Part shown: in pieces, positions 1-8,826 of the stretch
Layout of the letters: the number at the start of each line of letters is the position of its first letter
How positions within the stretch are numbered: the first letter of the stretch is position 1
DNA from: a virus
Taxonomy: Duplodnaviria; Caudoviricetes
Length of the DNA: 42,694 nt
Strand: one strand, 5' to 3'
IMG/VR virus record: IMGVR_UViG_3300037467_001065
Location: 1-42,694 of that record
Notes under the pieces: generated by a model
What the model saw: only the letters and a program-made list of their open reading frames with translations
What the model was told of the DNA's origin: nothing
The model's database searches: none
Position numbers and translations under genes: made by a program

Positions 1-127
1 CCCGCCGCCGGAGCCGGCGGCCCTGAGCCTCTTCGCGACCCGCTCGAGCTTCTCGCCGCCGGTGATCTTGACGTCGAACATCAGACGGCGGTGTCGGTGC
101 TCATGTACTCGGCGATCACGGCGCCGT
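1..127. repeat. 127-bp terminal direct repeat (identical to 42568-42694); circular-assembly overlap
   Basis: Bases 1-127 match 42568-42694 exactly and the break falls within coding sequence; 127 is a common assembler k-mer. Confidence 0.95.
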
Positions 128-1082
128 TCGTGCCGTCGTACTTGCACTCGAACGGGATCGACTGACCGACCACGTCCGGGCCGTCGACGCCCGGGGTGTC
201 GCCGGTGAAGAACGTCTGCGGCAGCTTGAACCGCATCGTGTACGCGAACGTCGACGCGATGATCGGGCCGACCCACTCCAGCACCATCGAGGTCGACGTG
301 TTCGCGACGAACCGGTCGACGAACAGCGTCTTGTCGGCGAAGTCCACGTCGAGCGAGCCCGTGATCTTCACCGGCCCGGACGTGATCTGCTCCGACTTGA
401 GGCCAGAGTTACCGGCGTAGAACCGGTCAGCCTTGAGCGGCCGCTCGATGGTGAGCGTCACCTTCCGCACGCTGGTGACGGACGCCTCCGACGCGAACGT
501 GCCGAGCTTGACGTTCATCTCCTTGAACTGGAACGGGGCCGCCCCAGTCGGGAACGACGCCGCGACGAGGGTCTGCGCCTCCGTCAGGTCGCGGCAGTCG
601 ACGTCGACGTCGCAGGTGAGGATGTCGTCGACGCCGCACGTGAACGTCGCCTTCTGGATCTTCGACCCGAGGAACGTGTACGGCTTGACGGTGCCGTCGG
701 TCTGCGGCACCCCGACCTGGATCGTGAGGCTCTTGCCGAGCTGGTCGGCCGCCACGGTGTGCGTCTGCAGGTACGCGGTCGTCGCGCTCTGCTGCACCGG
801 CGACGTCGAGGAGCCGAGCAGGTGCGCGAGGATGATCCCCGCCTGCTTCCGCGACACCTCGAACGTGATCGTCCCGGACGCCTGACGGGTCGTCTCGAGG
901 TACCGGTCGCCGCGCTCTGCGGCCTCCCCGGCGTACAGCCCGCCGCCCTGCACGCGGTTCGGCGTGAACTTCGGGTTGCCCTTGAGCCACCCGACGAGGA
1001 ACCTGTCCGGGGCGGCATACGTCCCGAACGTGGACTCGGCCTTGCATCCGAGCTGGGCGCCGAGGCCCGATCCGACAGCCAT
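81..1082 (-). CDS. major tail (tube) protein
   Basis: 333 aa; N-terminal 'GLGAQLGCKAESTFGTYAAPDRF' typical of actinophage tail tube proteins; lies between tail terminator and tail chaperone/tape measure. Confidence 0.85.
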   Translation of the reverse strand: MAVGSGLGAQLGCKAESTFGTYAAPDRFLVGWLKGNPKFTPNRVQGGGLYAGEAAERGDRYLETTRQASGTITFEVSRKQAGIILAHLLGSSTSPVQQSATTAYLQTHTVAADQLGKSLTIQVGVPQTDGTVKPYTFLGSKIQKATFTCGVDDILTCDVDVDCRDLTEAQTLVAASFPTGAAPFQFKEMNVKLGTFASEASVTSVRKVTLTIERPLKADRFYAGNSGLKSEQITSGPVKITGSLDVDFADKTLFVDRFVANTSTSMVLEWVGPIIASTFAYTMRFKLPQTFFTGDTPGVDGPDVVGQSIPFECKYDGTNGAVIAEYMSTDTAV

Positions 1083-1264
1083 CAGTCGTCACCCTTCTGG
1101 TTGTTCTTGGGCGCAGCGTCTGCGGACGCCCACACGTCGGTCTGCACGACGAACGCCTCTGCGTGCGCCTCGTCGACCTCGACGATCTGGCCGGCGAGAA
1201 CCAGCAGCCCGCCGAGCAGCGGCACGGTGCGGTCCTCACCGGACACGTTCTTGACCTTCGCCAT
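1082..1264 (-). CDS. small virion-associated hypothetical protein
   Basis: 60 aa; GAAAGGAAGG RBS; TGATG overlap with the major tail gene start. Confidence 0.7.
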   Translation of the reverse strand: MAKVKNVSGEDRTVPLLGGLLVLAGQIVEVDEAHAEAFVVQTDVWASADAAPKNNQKGDD

Positions 1265-1287
1265 GGCGGGGCCTTCCTTTCATGCGA

Positions 1288-1311
1288 GAGGCCCGCACGG
1301 CGGCGGGCCTC
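1288..1311 (-). terminator. GC-rich hairpin (possible terminator/processing stem)
   Basis: GAGGCCCGC-N6-GCGGGCCTC inverted repeat in intergenic space. Confidence 0.45.
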
Positions 1312-1336
1312 GAATTGTGTTGCGGGAGAGGGTGAT

Positions 1337-1804
1337 TCAGAGTCGGGCCTTGTATCCGATCGTGAACTCGACGAACGCGGCCGTCGGCTGGCCCGTCTCG
1401 TACAGCAGGCCCCAGTCGGTCGAGGTGGCGCATGACGTCCACAGGCACTGCTCGACGCCGAGATCCGGGGTGTCCAGACACAACGCCGACACAGCCTCGA
1501 CGATCGCCTGCGCCCGGTCACGGGCGTCCTTCACGGACTCGTCAGTCGAACGGGCCGCAGCGATACAGCGGATCTCGCCGGCCTCATCCCGCGCGCCCTG
1601 ACCGCCGACGGTGGCCCAGTCCTGCCGGGCCGACCCCGAGTAGATGGGGCCGGTCTCGGACAGCGACGGCACACCGACAGCCAGGAAGTCCGCGCCGTCA
1701 TCAGCCGTGGGCATCCCGTCACTGACGGTCACCCCGGCAGGCACGACCGGCTCTGCCAGCGCCACCAGCGCGTCGACGAGCAGCGGGTACGCCGAGGCAG
1801 TCAT
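1337..1804 (-). CDS. tail terminator protein
   Basis: 155 aa; 'VTVSDG', 'RDEAGEIRC', 'VEFTIGYKARL' pattern; position upstream of major tail gene. Confidence 0.7.
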   Translation of the reverse strand: MTASAYPLLVDALVALAEPVVPAGVTVSDGMPTADDGADFLAVGVPSLSETGPIYSGSARQDWATVGGQGARDEAGEIRCIAAARSTDESVKDARDRAQAIVEAVSALCLDTPDLGVEQCLWTSCATSTDWGLLYETGQPTAAFVEFTIGYKARL

Positions 1805-2349
1805 CAGGCACCCAGCACGGGAACGTAGGGGGCGAGCAGCTGCTCCACCCGGAACGGGAACATGTACGCGGCGCCGGGGATCGTGTTCGCGACCGTCTCA
1901 TTCGCCGCTGACCCGATACGCGCCGCACCACCCGACCGCTGCGTGTCGAACAGGTGCCGCACCAGCTCCAGCACGGCCAGCTTGAGGTCGTCCGGGACCA
2001 CAGCCCGGCCGGCGGTGTACGTGACGTCGTAGAACCGCGCCGTGAAGATCCCGCCCTGCAGGAACACGACCCGCCCGCCCGACAGCGGCGTCAACTGCGT
2101 GACATCGACCGCGCCACCCGAGCCGACCGGCACGACCGACGTGAGCGAGATGATCGGAGCCTTCGCGAGCCGCAGCACCGCGCAGTAGCCGCGGACCCGC
2201 TCATCCTCGATGCTGACCGACCCGACAGGGCCGACCCGCTGCCCGATCGCAGCCTCGGCCCGGTCGAGGAACGACTGCAGCTCCTCGTCCTGGAGGTTGG
2301 CCGCGATGTTGAGGTGCGCCTTCGCTTCGGTCAGGGAAACAGCAGACAT
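1804..2349 (-). CDS. head-to-tail adaptor (HK97 gp6-like)
   Basis: 'VSLTEAKAHLNI...DEELQSFL...VTYTAG...PDDLKLAVLELVRHLF' gp6-type motifs. Confidence 0.85.
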   Translation of the reverse strand: MSAVSLTEAKAHLNIAANLQDEELQSFLDRAEAAIGQRVGPVGSVSIEDERVRGYCAVLRLAKAPIISLTSVVPVGSGGAVDVTQLTPLSGGRVVFLQGGIFTARFYDVTYTAGRAVVPDDLKLAVLELVRHLFDTQRSGGAARIGSAANETVANTIPGAAYMFPFRVEQLLAPYVPVLGA

Positions 2350-2355
2350 GCGACG

Positions 2356-2847
2356 TCACCCCTTGATGGCGGTCGCGCGGGTATCTCCCGGCGAGGGCAG
2401 GTAGTCGACTTCGACGGACGTCCACCCCGCGGCGAGCATCTGCTCGCGCAGCTCGTCGGGGTGCACGTTCGCGTAGTGCTCGCCGGCGAGCCTCGGGCCT
2501 CCATCGGCGCCATGCTCGGAACGGCCGGGGCCGGCCATCGTCAGGACGATCCTGCCGCCGGCCCGGCACGCCGCGGCTGCGGTGCGCAGGATCTCCGGCC
2601 ACTCGGGCGTGTGCTCGAACACCTCCGTGCACACGATGACGTCGTAGACCTGGTCGGGCGTCCACGTGGCGGCGTTGGCGACGATGTCGACGCCGGGGCC
2701 GTCGACGATGTCGAGCGAGCGGTACGGGTCGGCGTTGGGGAACAGGTCTCGGACGCCGCCGTTGATCCAGCGGCCGCCGATCTCGAGGACGGCCAGGTGC
2801 TCGTCGCTGCCGCGAGCCTCGACGTAGGCGCGGGCCTGCTCATGCAT
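2356..2847 (-). CDS. class I SAM-dependent methyltransferase
   Basis: 163 aa from ATG at 2847 (MHEQARAY...); motif I 'VLEIGG', 'LDIVDGPGVD', 'YDVIVCTEVFEH'; start overlaps the glycosyltransferase end. Confidence 0.85.
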   Translation of the reverse strand: MHEQARAYVEARGSDEHLAVLEIGGRWINGGVRDLFPNADPYRSLDIVDGPGVDIVANAATWTPDQVYDVIVCTEVFEHTPEWPEILRTAAAACRAGGRIVLTMAGPGRSEHGADGGPRLAGEHYANVHPDELREQMLAAGWTSVEVDYLPSPGDTRATAIKG

Positions 2848-4231
2848 CGGCTGACACCTGCGCGTGTAGCGCGACCCGCTCGAGGAACAGCTCGCGGTCG
2901 GAGGCTGCGGACTGGTCGCCGAGGTCGTAGATCTCGTCGCGCTGCCCGCCGCCCCAGAGCGGGTGCAGGTGCTCGACGATCGACCCGGGGGCCATCGCCC
3001 ACACGCCGCGCTGCTTCGCTGCGAGCGCGAGCTCGAGGTCGACGCAGTTGTGCCGGTAGCCCTCGTGGCAGACGACGCCGGGCCCGTCCCATGACGCGCC
3101 GACCTCGTCGACGTAGTCGCGGCGCACGAGCACGTGCGGAGAGTCCTGCCCGTTGACGACCCGGGGGCCGAGGTCGTTCGTGCCGACGACGGCCGCGCGC
3201 GCGTCCTCGGCGGTGGCCTGCGCATGGTCGAGCCATCCCGGGTGGAACCGCACGTCGTCGCCGACGCAGAACAGCCACGGCTCGCCGGTGCGGCGGTACC
3301 CGGTGTTGATCTTCGTCGCCCACGACGGGCCGTCAGCGAGGAGCACGGTCGCGCCGGCAGCCTCCCATGCGGCGATCGTGTCGACGTCGTCAGCCTCGGC
3401 GATGGCGTAGGCGGTGGCCAGGCTCGTCGAGGCGCGCAGCGTCGCCATGAACGGGGCCGCGTTCTGCGGCCGCCGCATGACCGGCACCAGAACGGCGACC
3501 TCTTCGGTAGCCGGCGGGGCGACGTACTGCCTCCAGAAGTCCTGCTCGCCGAGCCAGACCGGTTTGTGGTGCGTCGTCCGCACACCGGTGTGCACGAACA
3601 CGTCGAAGCCGAGCGCGCCCGCCCGCAGGCAGAACGACAGGTCCTCACCCATCAGCCGCCCGCCGGCGCTCATGTTCGGGACGCGGTCGTACCAGACCGG
3701 CCCGTGCGCCTTCGCGATCGCCTCGAACACGCTGCGGTGCACCAGGATGAACGCCGACCCGGTGCCGGCGCACTTCACGACCTTGTTGACCGGGTACGTC
3801 GCCCGGGACAGGAACCCCTGCTCGCCGGTCGGCGTCGTCGTCCAGTCGTAGATCGTCGGGGCCAGCGCCGTGCGCCAGCCGCCCATCCCGTCGGAGTCGG
3901 TGTGCTTCTGCGCGAAACACAGCCCGCCGACGATCGGCCGCTCGACGGGGTCGGCGACCTGCATCAGCCGCTCGAGCGAGTCCGGGGCGAACCCCATGTC
4001 GGTGTCGATCCACAGCAGCCACTCGGTGTCACGCTCGAGGAACTGCCGCACGGCGACGTTCCGCGCGCCAGGGATGCCGTCGGCGCCGTAGCACTTCGTC
4101 GACAGCCAGCCGCCGGCGATGATCCGGCAGTCGGCGCCCAGGTCGTACCCGACCATCTGCATGAGCGACTCCTGCCAGGAGAAGCTCACGTCGTTGGGGT
4201 GGACGTATGCCACCGTGACCGCGCCGCTCAC
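2840..4231 (-). CDS. glycosyltransferase with two tandem GT-A (GT2-like) domains
   Basis: 463 aa; domain 1 'ARN..V..FL...WLLWIDTDM' (DxD), 'GSAFILVHRSVF', 'GEDLSFC'; domain 2 'VLVPVM', 'ATKIN.G', 'LFCVGDD', 'HNCVD.E'. Confidence 0.88.
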   Translation of the reverse strand: MSGAVTVAYVHPNDVSFSWQESLMQMVGYDLGADCRIIAGGWLSTKCYGADGIPGARNVAVRQFLERDTEWLLWIDTDMGFAPDSLERLMQVADPVERPIVGGLCFAQKHTDSDGMGGWRTALAPTIYDWTTTPTGEQGFLSRATYPVNKVVKCAGTGSAFILVHRSVFEAIAKAHGPVWYDRVPNMSAGGRLMGEDLSFCLRAGALGFDVFVHTGVRTTHHKPVWLGEQDFWRQYVAPPATEEVAVLVPVMRRPQNAAPFMATLRASTSLATAYAIAEADDVDTIAAWEAAGATVLLADGPSWATKINTGYRRTGEPWLFCVGDDVRFHPGWLDHAQATAEDARAAVVGTNDLGPRVVNGQDSPHVLVRRDYVDEVGASWDGPGVVCHEGYRHNCVDLELALAAKQRGVWAMAPGSIVEHLHPLWGGGQRDEIYDLGDQSAASDRELFLERVALHAQVSADA

Positions 4232-4497
4232 TTGCGGTTGCGCCTCTCCCCGGGGGCTGCCGTAGCGGTCTCGACGGCGCCGGCGCTCGAGGTGCGCGCG
4301 CCGCCGACGGGGTAGCCCTCGTCGTCGAGGGGCCGGCTCGACGACAGCCCGTAGCGGGGGTCGTCGGTGAAGAACGTTGGGTAGGCGAGGACGACCGGGT
4401 CGTCGGCCGGCCAGTGCGTGCCGTGGTTGACCCCGACCGACGCTCCGGTCTCGGGGTGGGACACGACTGCCGATGTTGTGGCGAAGACGATGTTCAT
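4228..4497 (-). CDS. small protein downstream of capsid (possible head accessory)
   Basis: 89 aa; AGGAG RBS; C-terminal 'VETATAAPGERR' motif typical of post-capsid small genes in actinophages; GTGA overlap with glycosyltransferase. Confidence 0.7.
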   Translation of the reverse strand: MNIVFATTSAVVSHPETGASVGVNHGTHWPADDPVVLAYPTFFTDDPRYGLSSSRPLDDEGYPVGGARTSSAGAVETATAAPGERRNRK

Positions 4498-4541
4498 GCG
4501 GGGCTCCTGCTCTGAGAAGGGGTGGGCGGCCGGTGGTGCTG

Positions 4542-4578
4542 GGGAGGCCCTCCCGCCGCAGTGGCGAGAGGGCCTCCC
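4542..4578 (-). terminator. hairpin after major capsid gene
   Basis: GGGAGGCCCTC...GAGGGCCTCCC 11-bp arms plus inner CGCC/GGCG pairing, 16 nt after the capsid stop. Confidence 0.65.
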
Positions 4579-4594
4579 GTTGAGGCGGTCAGGC

Positions 4595-6163
4595 TCAGGT
4601 CTGGTTCAGCAGACGGAAGCCCTGGTTGTTCGCCGAGCCGCCGCCGATGCGGGCGTACGCGAACCAGCCGCGCTGCCCGGTCGGGCGGTTGTTCGTGACG
4701 TCGAACAGCTGCGGGACGAGCTCGACCGACATGCCGCCACGGCGGGCGACGACGTAGTTCGAGAAGTCGCCGACGACGGCGACGTTCGTGTGCACGCCCG
4801 AGCTGGTGAGGTCCGTCATGTACGGCGTCTCGTACCACTGACGGTTCATCAGGACCTCGGCGGAACCCGCCGAGAGCTGCACCGTCGTCGCGTGGAAGTT
4901 GTTCGCCGTGCCGAGCTGGCGGATCTTGTTGTTGATGTCGACCGCGCCGAGCCACGACGCCCGCCGGCGGAACCGCTGCGGCAGCTTCGCCCACACGTTG
5001 TAGATGTCGGCCGCGGCGAGGGTGCCCGCCGTGGCCAGCAGCACCTCGACGGTGGTGTCGGCGTCCAGGGCGGTGACGATGCCCATCGGCTCGCCCGTGC
5101 CGGAGCCGCGGGTGAACTTGTCGATGAGCAGCTCGTCGTACCCGGACGCGAGCAGCGCGGACATCTCCGACGCAAAGCCGGGGTAGTCCTCTCCGACCTC
5201 GATCGAGTAGGGGATGAACCCGCGGGCGGTGAACACGTCGACCTTCGGCTGCGCGAGAGTCGGCGAGTCGTCCGAGACGGCCGAAGCCTCGGTGTCGAAC
5301 GACCACGACACACCGGCCGAGGAGACGCCCTTCCACGCGTTCGTGTTGACGTCCTTCTGGCTGGCCAGCTCGAGGAACGGGTTCCCGGAGCCCTGCGCCG
5401 TCATGATGATCGACGGGTCGATGAACACCGGGATGCCGAAGCCGCCGGCCGAGTTGGTTCCCTCGGCCATCGCCCGGTACTCCTCCCACGCGCGGACGGC
5501 GTCACGCTCGTCCTCGGTGAGGGTGAACTGCGCGTGCGGGTTCGTGACGAGCTTGTGCCACGCGTCCCGGTACGACTCGTTCTCCGTGACGATCACGCGG
5601 CGCGCGATGTCCGTCGAGTTGCGCACGAGCCGGTCGACCTGGACCTTCTCGTCGTCGCGCAGGTGCGACCCGCCCTCGCGGCTGTCGAGGATGCGCAGGG
5701 CCTTGTCGCGGGCCTCCGCGGTCGTCATCCGGGCGACGGACGCGATCTCGCCGGTGTCGAGGCCCAGACGGATGCTGTCGTACGCCTTCTTGACAGCCTC
5801 GGGCCGGCGACGGAACACCTCCGCGACCTTGTTGTGGTTGTCGATCCGCTTGATGATCTCGTCGCGGAGCTGCATGCCGAGGTCGAACGCGGCCTGCTCC
5901 TCGTCGCTCTTGTCGCGGAGCTCGCCCTGCTCGTTCTGGTGCAGGGACCGCAGGTGCGCGTCCATGACCGTGAGCATCTTGTTGAGCTCCTCGGGCGTGC
6001 GCCCGCGCAGGTCGTCGAGGTTCGTCGCGAGCAGCGGCTCGACGTCGTCGGAGGCGTCCATGCGGGCGTCACCGAACTGCGCCTTGTGGAAGGCGAGGAT
6101 CTGGGCCGGGGTCAGCTCCGGGCCGGCGTGCCGGAACGCGGAGCGGAAACGGTTTCGGTTCAT
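4595..6163 (-). CDS. HK97-fold major capsid protein with long N-terminal delta/scaffold domain
   Basis: 522 aa; coiled-coil N-terminus, then 'RAMAEGTNSAGGFGIP', 'GSGTGEPMGI', 'VVGDFSNY', 'GQRGWFAYARIGG'. Confidence 0.95.
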   Translation of the reverse strand: MNRNRFRSAFRHAGPELTPAQILAFHKAQFGDARMDASDDVEPLLATNLDDLRGRTPEELNKMLTVMDAHLRSLHQNEQGELRDKSDEEQAAFDLGMQLRDEIIKRIDNHNKVAEVFRRRPEAVKKAYDSIRLGLDTGEIASVARMTTAEARDKALRILDSREGGSHLRDDEKVQVDRLVRNSTDIARRVIVTENESYRDAWHKLVTNPHAQFTLTEDERDAVRAWEEYRAMAEGTNSAGGFGIPVFIDPSIIMTAQGSGNPFLELASQKDVNTNAWKGVSSAGVSWSFDTEASAVSDDSPTLAQPKVDVFTARGFIPYSIEVGEDYPGFASEMSALLASGYDELLIDKFTRGSGTGEPMGIVTALDADTTVEVLLATAGTLAAADIYNVWAKLPQRFRRRASWLGAVDINNKIRQLGTANNFHATTVQLSAGSAEVLMNRQWYETPYMTDLTSSGVHTNVAVVGDFSNYVVARRGGMSVELVPQLFDVTNNRPTGQRGWFAYARIGGGSANNQGFRLLNQT

Positions 6164-6172
6164 GGCAGGTTG

Positions 6173-7063
6173 TCACTTTCTCCCCGGGATGATTCCCAGG
6201 AGACGGAGGGTGTCGTCGTCGGCCTTCTGCCGGCGCGACTTCTTGCTGGGTGACGCCTCGGCGGCCTGCCGCTCCGCGTCGTCTCGCTCGCCACCGTCGC
6301 TCTGCGCGGCCGGTGCAGCGATGAGGTCTCTGAGTGCAGGGTCACGCGCCACCAGGGCGGCGACCTCCTGCATGAATGCGCGCCGCTGCTCGGCGCTCAT
6401 GTAGTCCAGGAGGGACCGGACGCCGACGCTCGTCGACGAGTAGGCCGGCCACACGACCGGGCCCATCTCCGCGACCCGGGACTCGACGATGTCGCGGCGC
6501 AGCAGCTCCTCGTCGGGGACGTCCTCGAGCCAGGTCCGCAGCAGCTCGGCCTCGATCTCGGCCTCGTTCTTGACCTGCGTCCCGTCGGGCCGGTACCAGC
6601 GCTCCTTCGCGACGCCGAACCGGATCGACATGCCGTTCACGGTGCCGGTCGAGATGACCTCACGCACCGGCTCGAACAGCGGCGACTGGTGCATCCGGGC
6701 GACGACGTGCGCGCCGCCGTTCGGGGCGCGCACCGGGTCGACCTCCTCGCGCGGGAAGCCCGGCTCGAACGACGCGACCGGCAGCGACCCGATGAGCGGG
6801 TGCCGGCCGTGGTCGAACTGGATGATCGGCGTCTGCTCACGGAACGACCTGCTCATCGACCCGGACAGGAACCGCTCCTTGAAGCGGCCCTCCCACGAGT
6901 CGATGATCGTCTCCGAGTCGAACACGGACGCGTACCCGTCGAGGGTCTGGCCGTCGCCCTCGGCCGCGGCCTCGCCGTCGGCAGAGCGGAGGATGAACGG
7001 GACGACGCGCGGGACCTCGGCCATGCGCGCGGCAGCACTGCGGGTAGCGTTCTCACGCGCCAT
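6173..7063 (-). CDS. capsid maturation (prohead) protease, HK97 family
   Basis: 296 aa from ATG at 7063 (AGGAGG RBS); 'LDGYASVF', 'QFDHG', 'GMSIRF', 'EMGPVVWPAY' motifs. Confidence 0.92.
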   Translation of the reverse strand: MARENATRSAAARMAEVPRVVPFILRSADGEAAAEGDGQTLDGYASVFDSETIIDSWEGRFKERFLSGSMSRSFREQTPIIQFDHGRHPLIGSLPVASFEPGFPREEVDPVRAPNGGAHVVARMHQSPLFEPVREVISTGTVNGMSIRFGVAKERWYRPDGTQVKNEAEIEAELLRTWLEDVPDEELLRRDIVESRVAEMGPVVWPAYSSTSVGVRSLLDYMSAEQRRAFMQEVAALVARDPALRDLIAAPAAQSDGGERDDAERQAAEASPSKKSRRQKADDDTLRLLGIIPGRK

Positions 7064-8624
7064 TGGAACCTCCTGATGGGGTGGGTGCGGTGCCTGCGGG
7101 CAGGGGGCCCGAGATGTCGGCGCCGGCGCGACGAATGAGCTCGCGCGCCTCCTGGTCGGATACGACGACACCCACGCCGAGGTACACCTTCTGGATGGCC
7201 TCGGCGGCTGCACGAGCCTGCTCGGAGTCGGTCGCGGCGGGCGCCTGGGCGCCGGCACCCGCGCTCGACTCCCCGCCGGGCTTCTGCAGCTGCACGGAGT
7301 ACAGGCCGGTGTGCTTGAGCAGCCGGAAGTCGCCGGAGTCGACGGCGGCCACGACCGTGTCAGGCGTGTAGCCGGCCGCGATGAGCGAAGACACCGTCTC
7401 GGCCTTGAGCCTGTTGATCTCGGCCGCGTCCCTCGAGTCCTCCCGCAGCAGCGGAATGTCGAGGGTGTCGAACCAGAGCTCGGCCCGCGGCGGGACGTCG
7501 ATGACGGTCGCCAGCGCGTGCGCCAGGTCCTGCAGCGCCGGATACACCCACGTGTCCGCGAACAGGCGCCGCGCCTGCCCGAAGTTCCCAGCGTTCAGCG
7601 ACGACCCCTCGAGCCCGGCCGCGATCCCCAGCACCGGAGCCGGCACCCGCGACAGCATCGAGATCCGAGTCTCCCCGCCGCCCTGCGTCGTGCGCATGTC
7701 CAGCTGCTGCAGGTTCGACCCGACGACCGTCGCGTTCGCCGTGCCCGTCAGGTACAGCGTCTTGAACGCGTTCGCGAAGCCGGTGTGCCGCTCCTCGAGC
7801 ATGTCGACGATCTCGTTGAACGACTCCCGGCTCACAGCCGGGATGCCGGTCACGACCAGGTTCGGCGTCGCCCCGTTCGTCAGGTACTTCGTCTTGAACT
7901 CAGACGCGGCCTTGTCCGCCTGGATGTCCCGCAGCCCAGCCGTCACCCACGACATGCCCATCCCGGGCGTCAACGGGTCAGGGATCGGCGACCAGTGCGC
8001 CACATCCTTCACGTTCAACAGCTGCGGCTGCGTGTCCCGGTTCCCGATGCCGCCGTTCTGGTAGATGTACCCGATCAGCTCACCGTCGACGGCATGGTCC
8101 GGGTGATCCGGCTCGAGCTGCGAACCGTAGACGGCAGCGACGAAGTCCGGCCGCAGCACCCGCAACCGGTTCGGCTGCCGCAGCACGAACGCGTTACCGG
8201 ACAGCCCCGCATGCCACTCCATCAGCCCGACCAGGTCACCAGTCGTCCCATTCGGCCACGGCCGCTCCAACAGCGACAGCGCCTGCGTCCCGAACGACTT
8301 CCGCGGCGAGATCGGGTCCCACGGCGGGTTACGGAACGTGAACCGCACCTGCGACAACACCAGCGCCCGCACCATCTGCGCCGCGAACGCCGGCGGGCAC
8401 GTCGACAGCGCCCGCATGTACCCGGGCATCGACGCCGTGATCGCCTGCACCCGCGACGAACCCATCGTCGTCGTCATCCCCGCAGGCATCCCATACGGGT
8501 ACGTCGTGTTCCCGTACTGGAACTGCGACGGGAACAGGTACTGCGTCAGCCAGTCGTCGACGGCGAACCTCTTCTCCGGCGCGGCCGAGACCTGCTCATT
8601 GCGGATGCGGTCAAGCAGGCCCAT
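7053..8624 (-). CDS. portal protein
   Basis: From MGLLDRIR (ATG 8624); 'LLERPWPN', 'LSGNAF', 'LRPD', 'NGATP', 'SRVP' HK97-type portal motifs; follows terminase. Confidence 0.92.
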   Translation of the reverse strand: MGLLDRIRNEQVSAAPEKRFAVDDWLTQYLFPSQFQYGNTTYPYGMPAGMTTTMGSSRVQAITASMPGYMRALSTCPPAFAAQMVRALVLSQVRFTFRNPPWDPISPRKSFGTQALSLLERPWPNGTTGDLVGLMEWHAGLSGNAFVLRQPNRLRVLRPDFVAAVYGSQLEPDHPDHAVDGELIGYIYQNGGIGNRDTQPQLLNVKDVAHWSPIPDPLTPGMGMSWVTAGLRDIQADKAASEFKTKYLTNGATPNLVVTGIPAVSRESFNEIVDMLEERHTGFANAFKTLYLTGTANATVVGSNLQQLDMRTTQGGGETRISMLSRVPAPVLGIAAGLEGSSLNAGNFGQARRLFADTWVYPALQDLAHALATVIDVPPRAELWFDTLDIPLLREDSRDAAEINRLKAETVSSLIAAGYTPDTVVAAVDSGDFRLLKHTGLYSVQLQKPGGESSAGAGAQAPAATDSEQARAAAEAIQKVYLGVGVVVSDQEARELIRRAGADISGPLPAGTAPTPSGGSNGA

Positions 8625-8826
8625 GGGCACCCCGCTTCCGAGCGTCAGTCCATCCGAGCCGCACAGCCGCGGCACAAGTCGTTGCGGCCACCGTCACCGC
8701 ACCAGCGGCGACACCCAGCCCGTACAGCACGCCCAACACCAGCGACGCGACGATCCGGGCCACCAGCAGGCCCAATGACTGCGCTCTGCGGCGAGCACCC
8801 ATCCGAAGCCTCCGTTTCACCGCCAC
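8611..8826 (-). CDS. small membrane protein between terminase and portal
   Basis: 71 aa with a long hydrophobic stretch; overlaps both neighbours. Confidence 0.6.
   Translation of the reverse strand: MAVKRRLRMGARRRAQSLGLLVARIVASLVLGVLYGLGVAAGAVTVAATTCAAAVRLGWTDARKRGAHGPA

Noticed and set aside
1-127. Terminal direct repeat as a biological DTR
   Set aside because: Exactly 127 bp, falls within coding sequence, and the HNH-terS layout points to cos ends elsewhere; best explained as assembler overlap
2356-2847. DNA methyltransferase / restriction evasion
   Set aside because: No DPPY/NPPY or PC catalytic motif, too short, and coupled to a glycosyltransferase in the late operon
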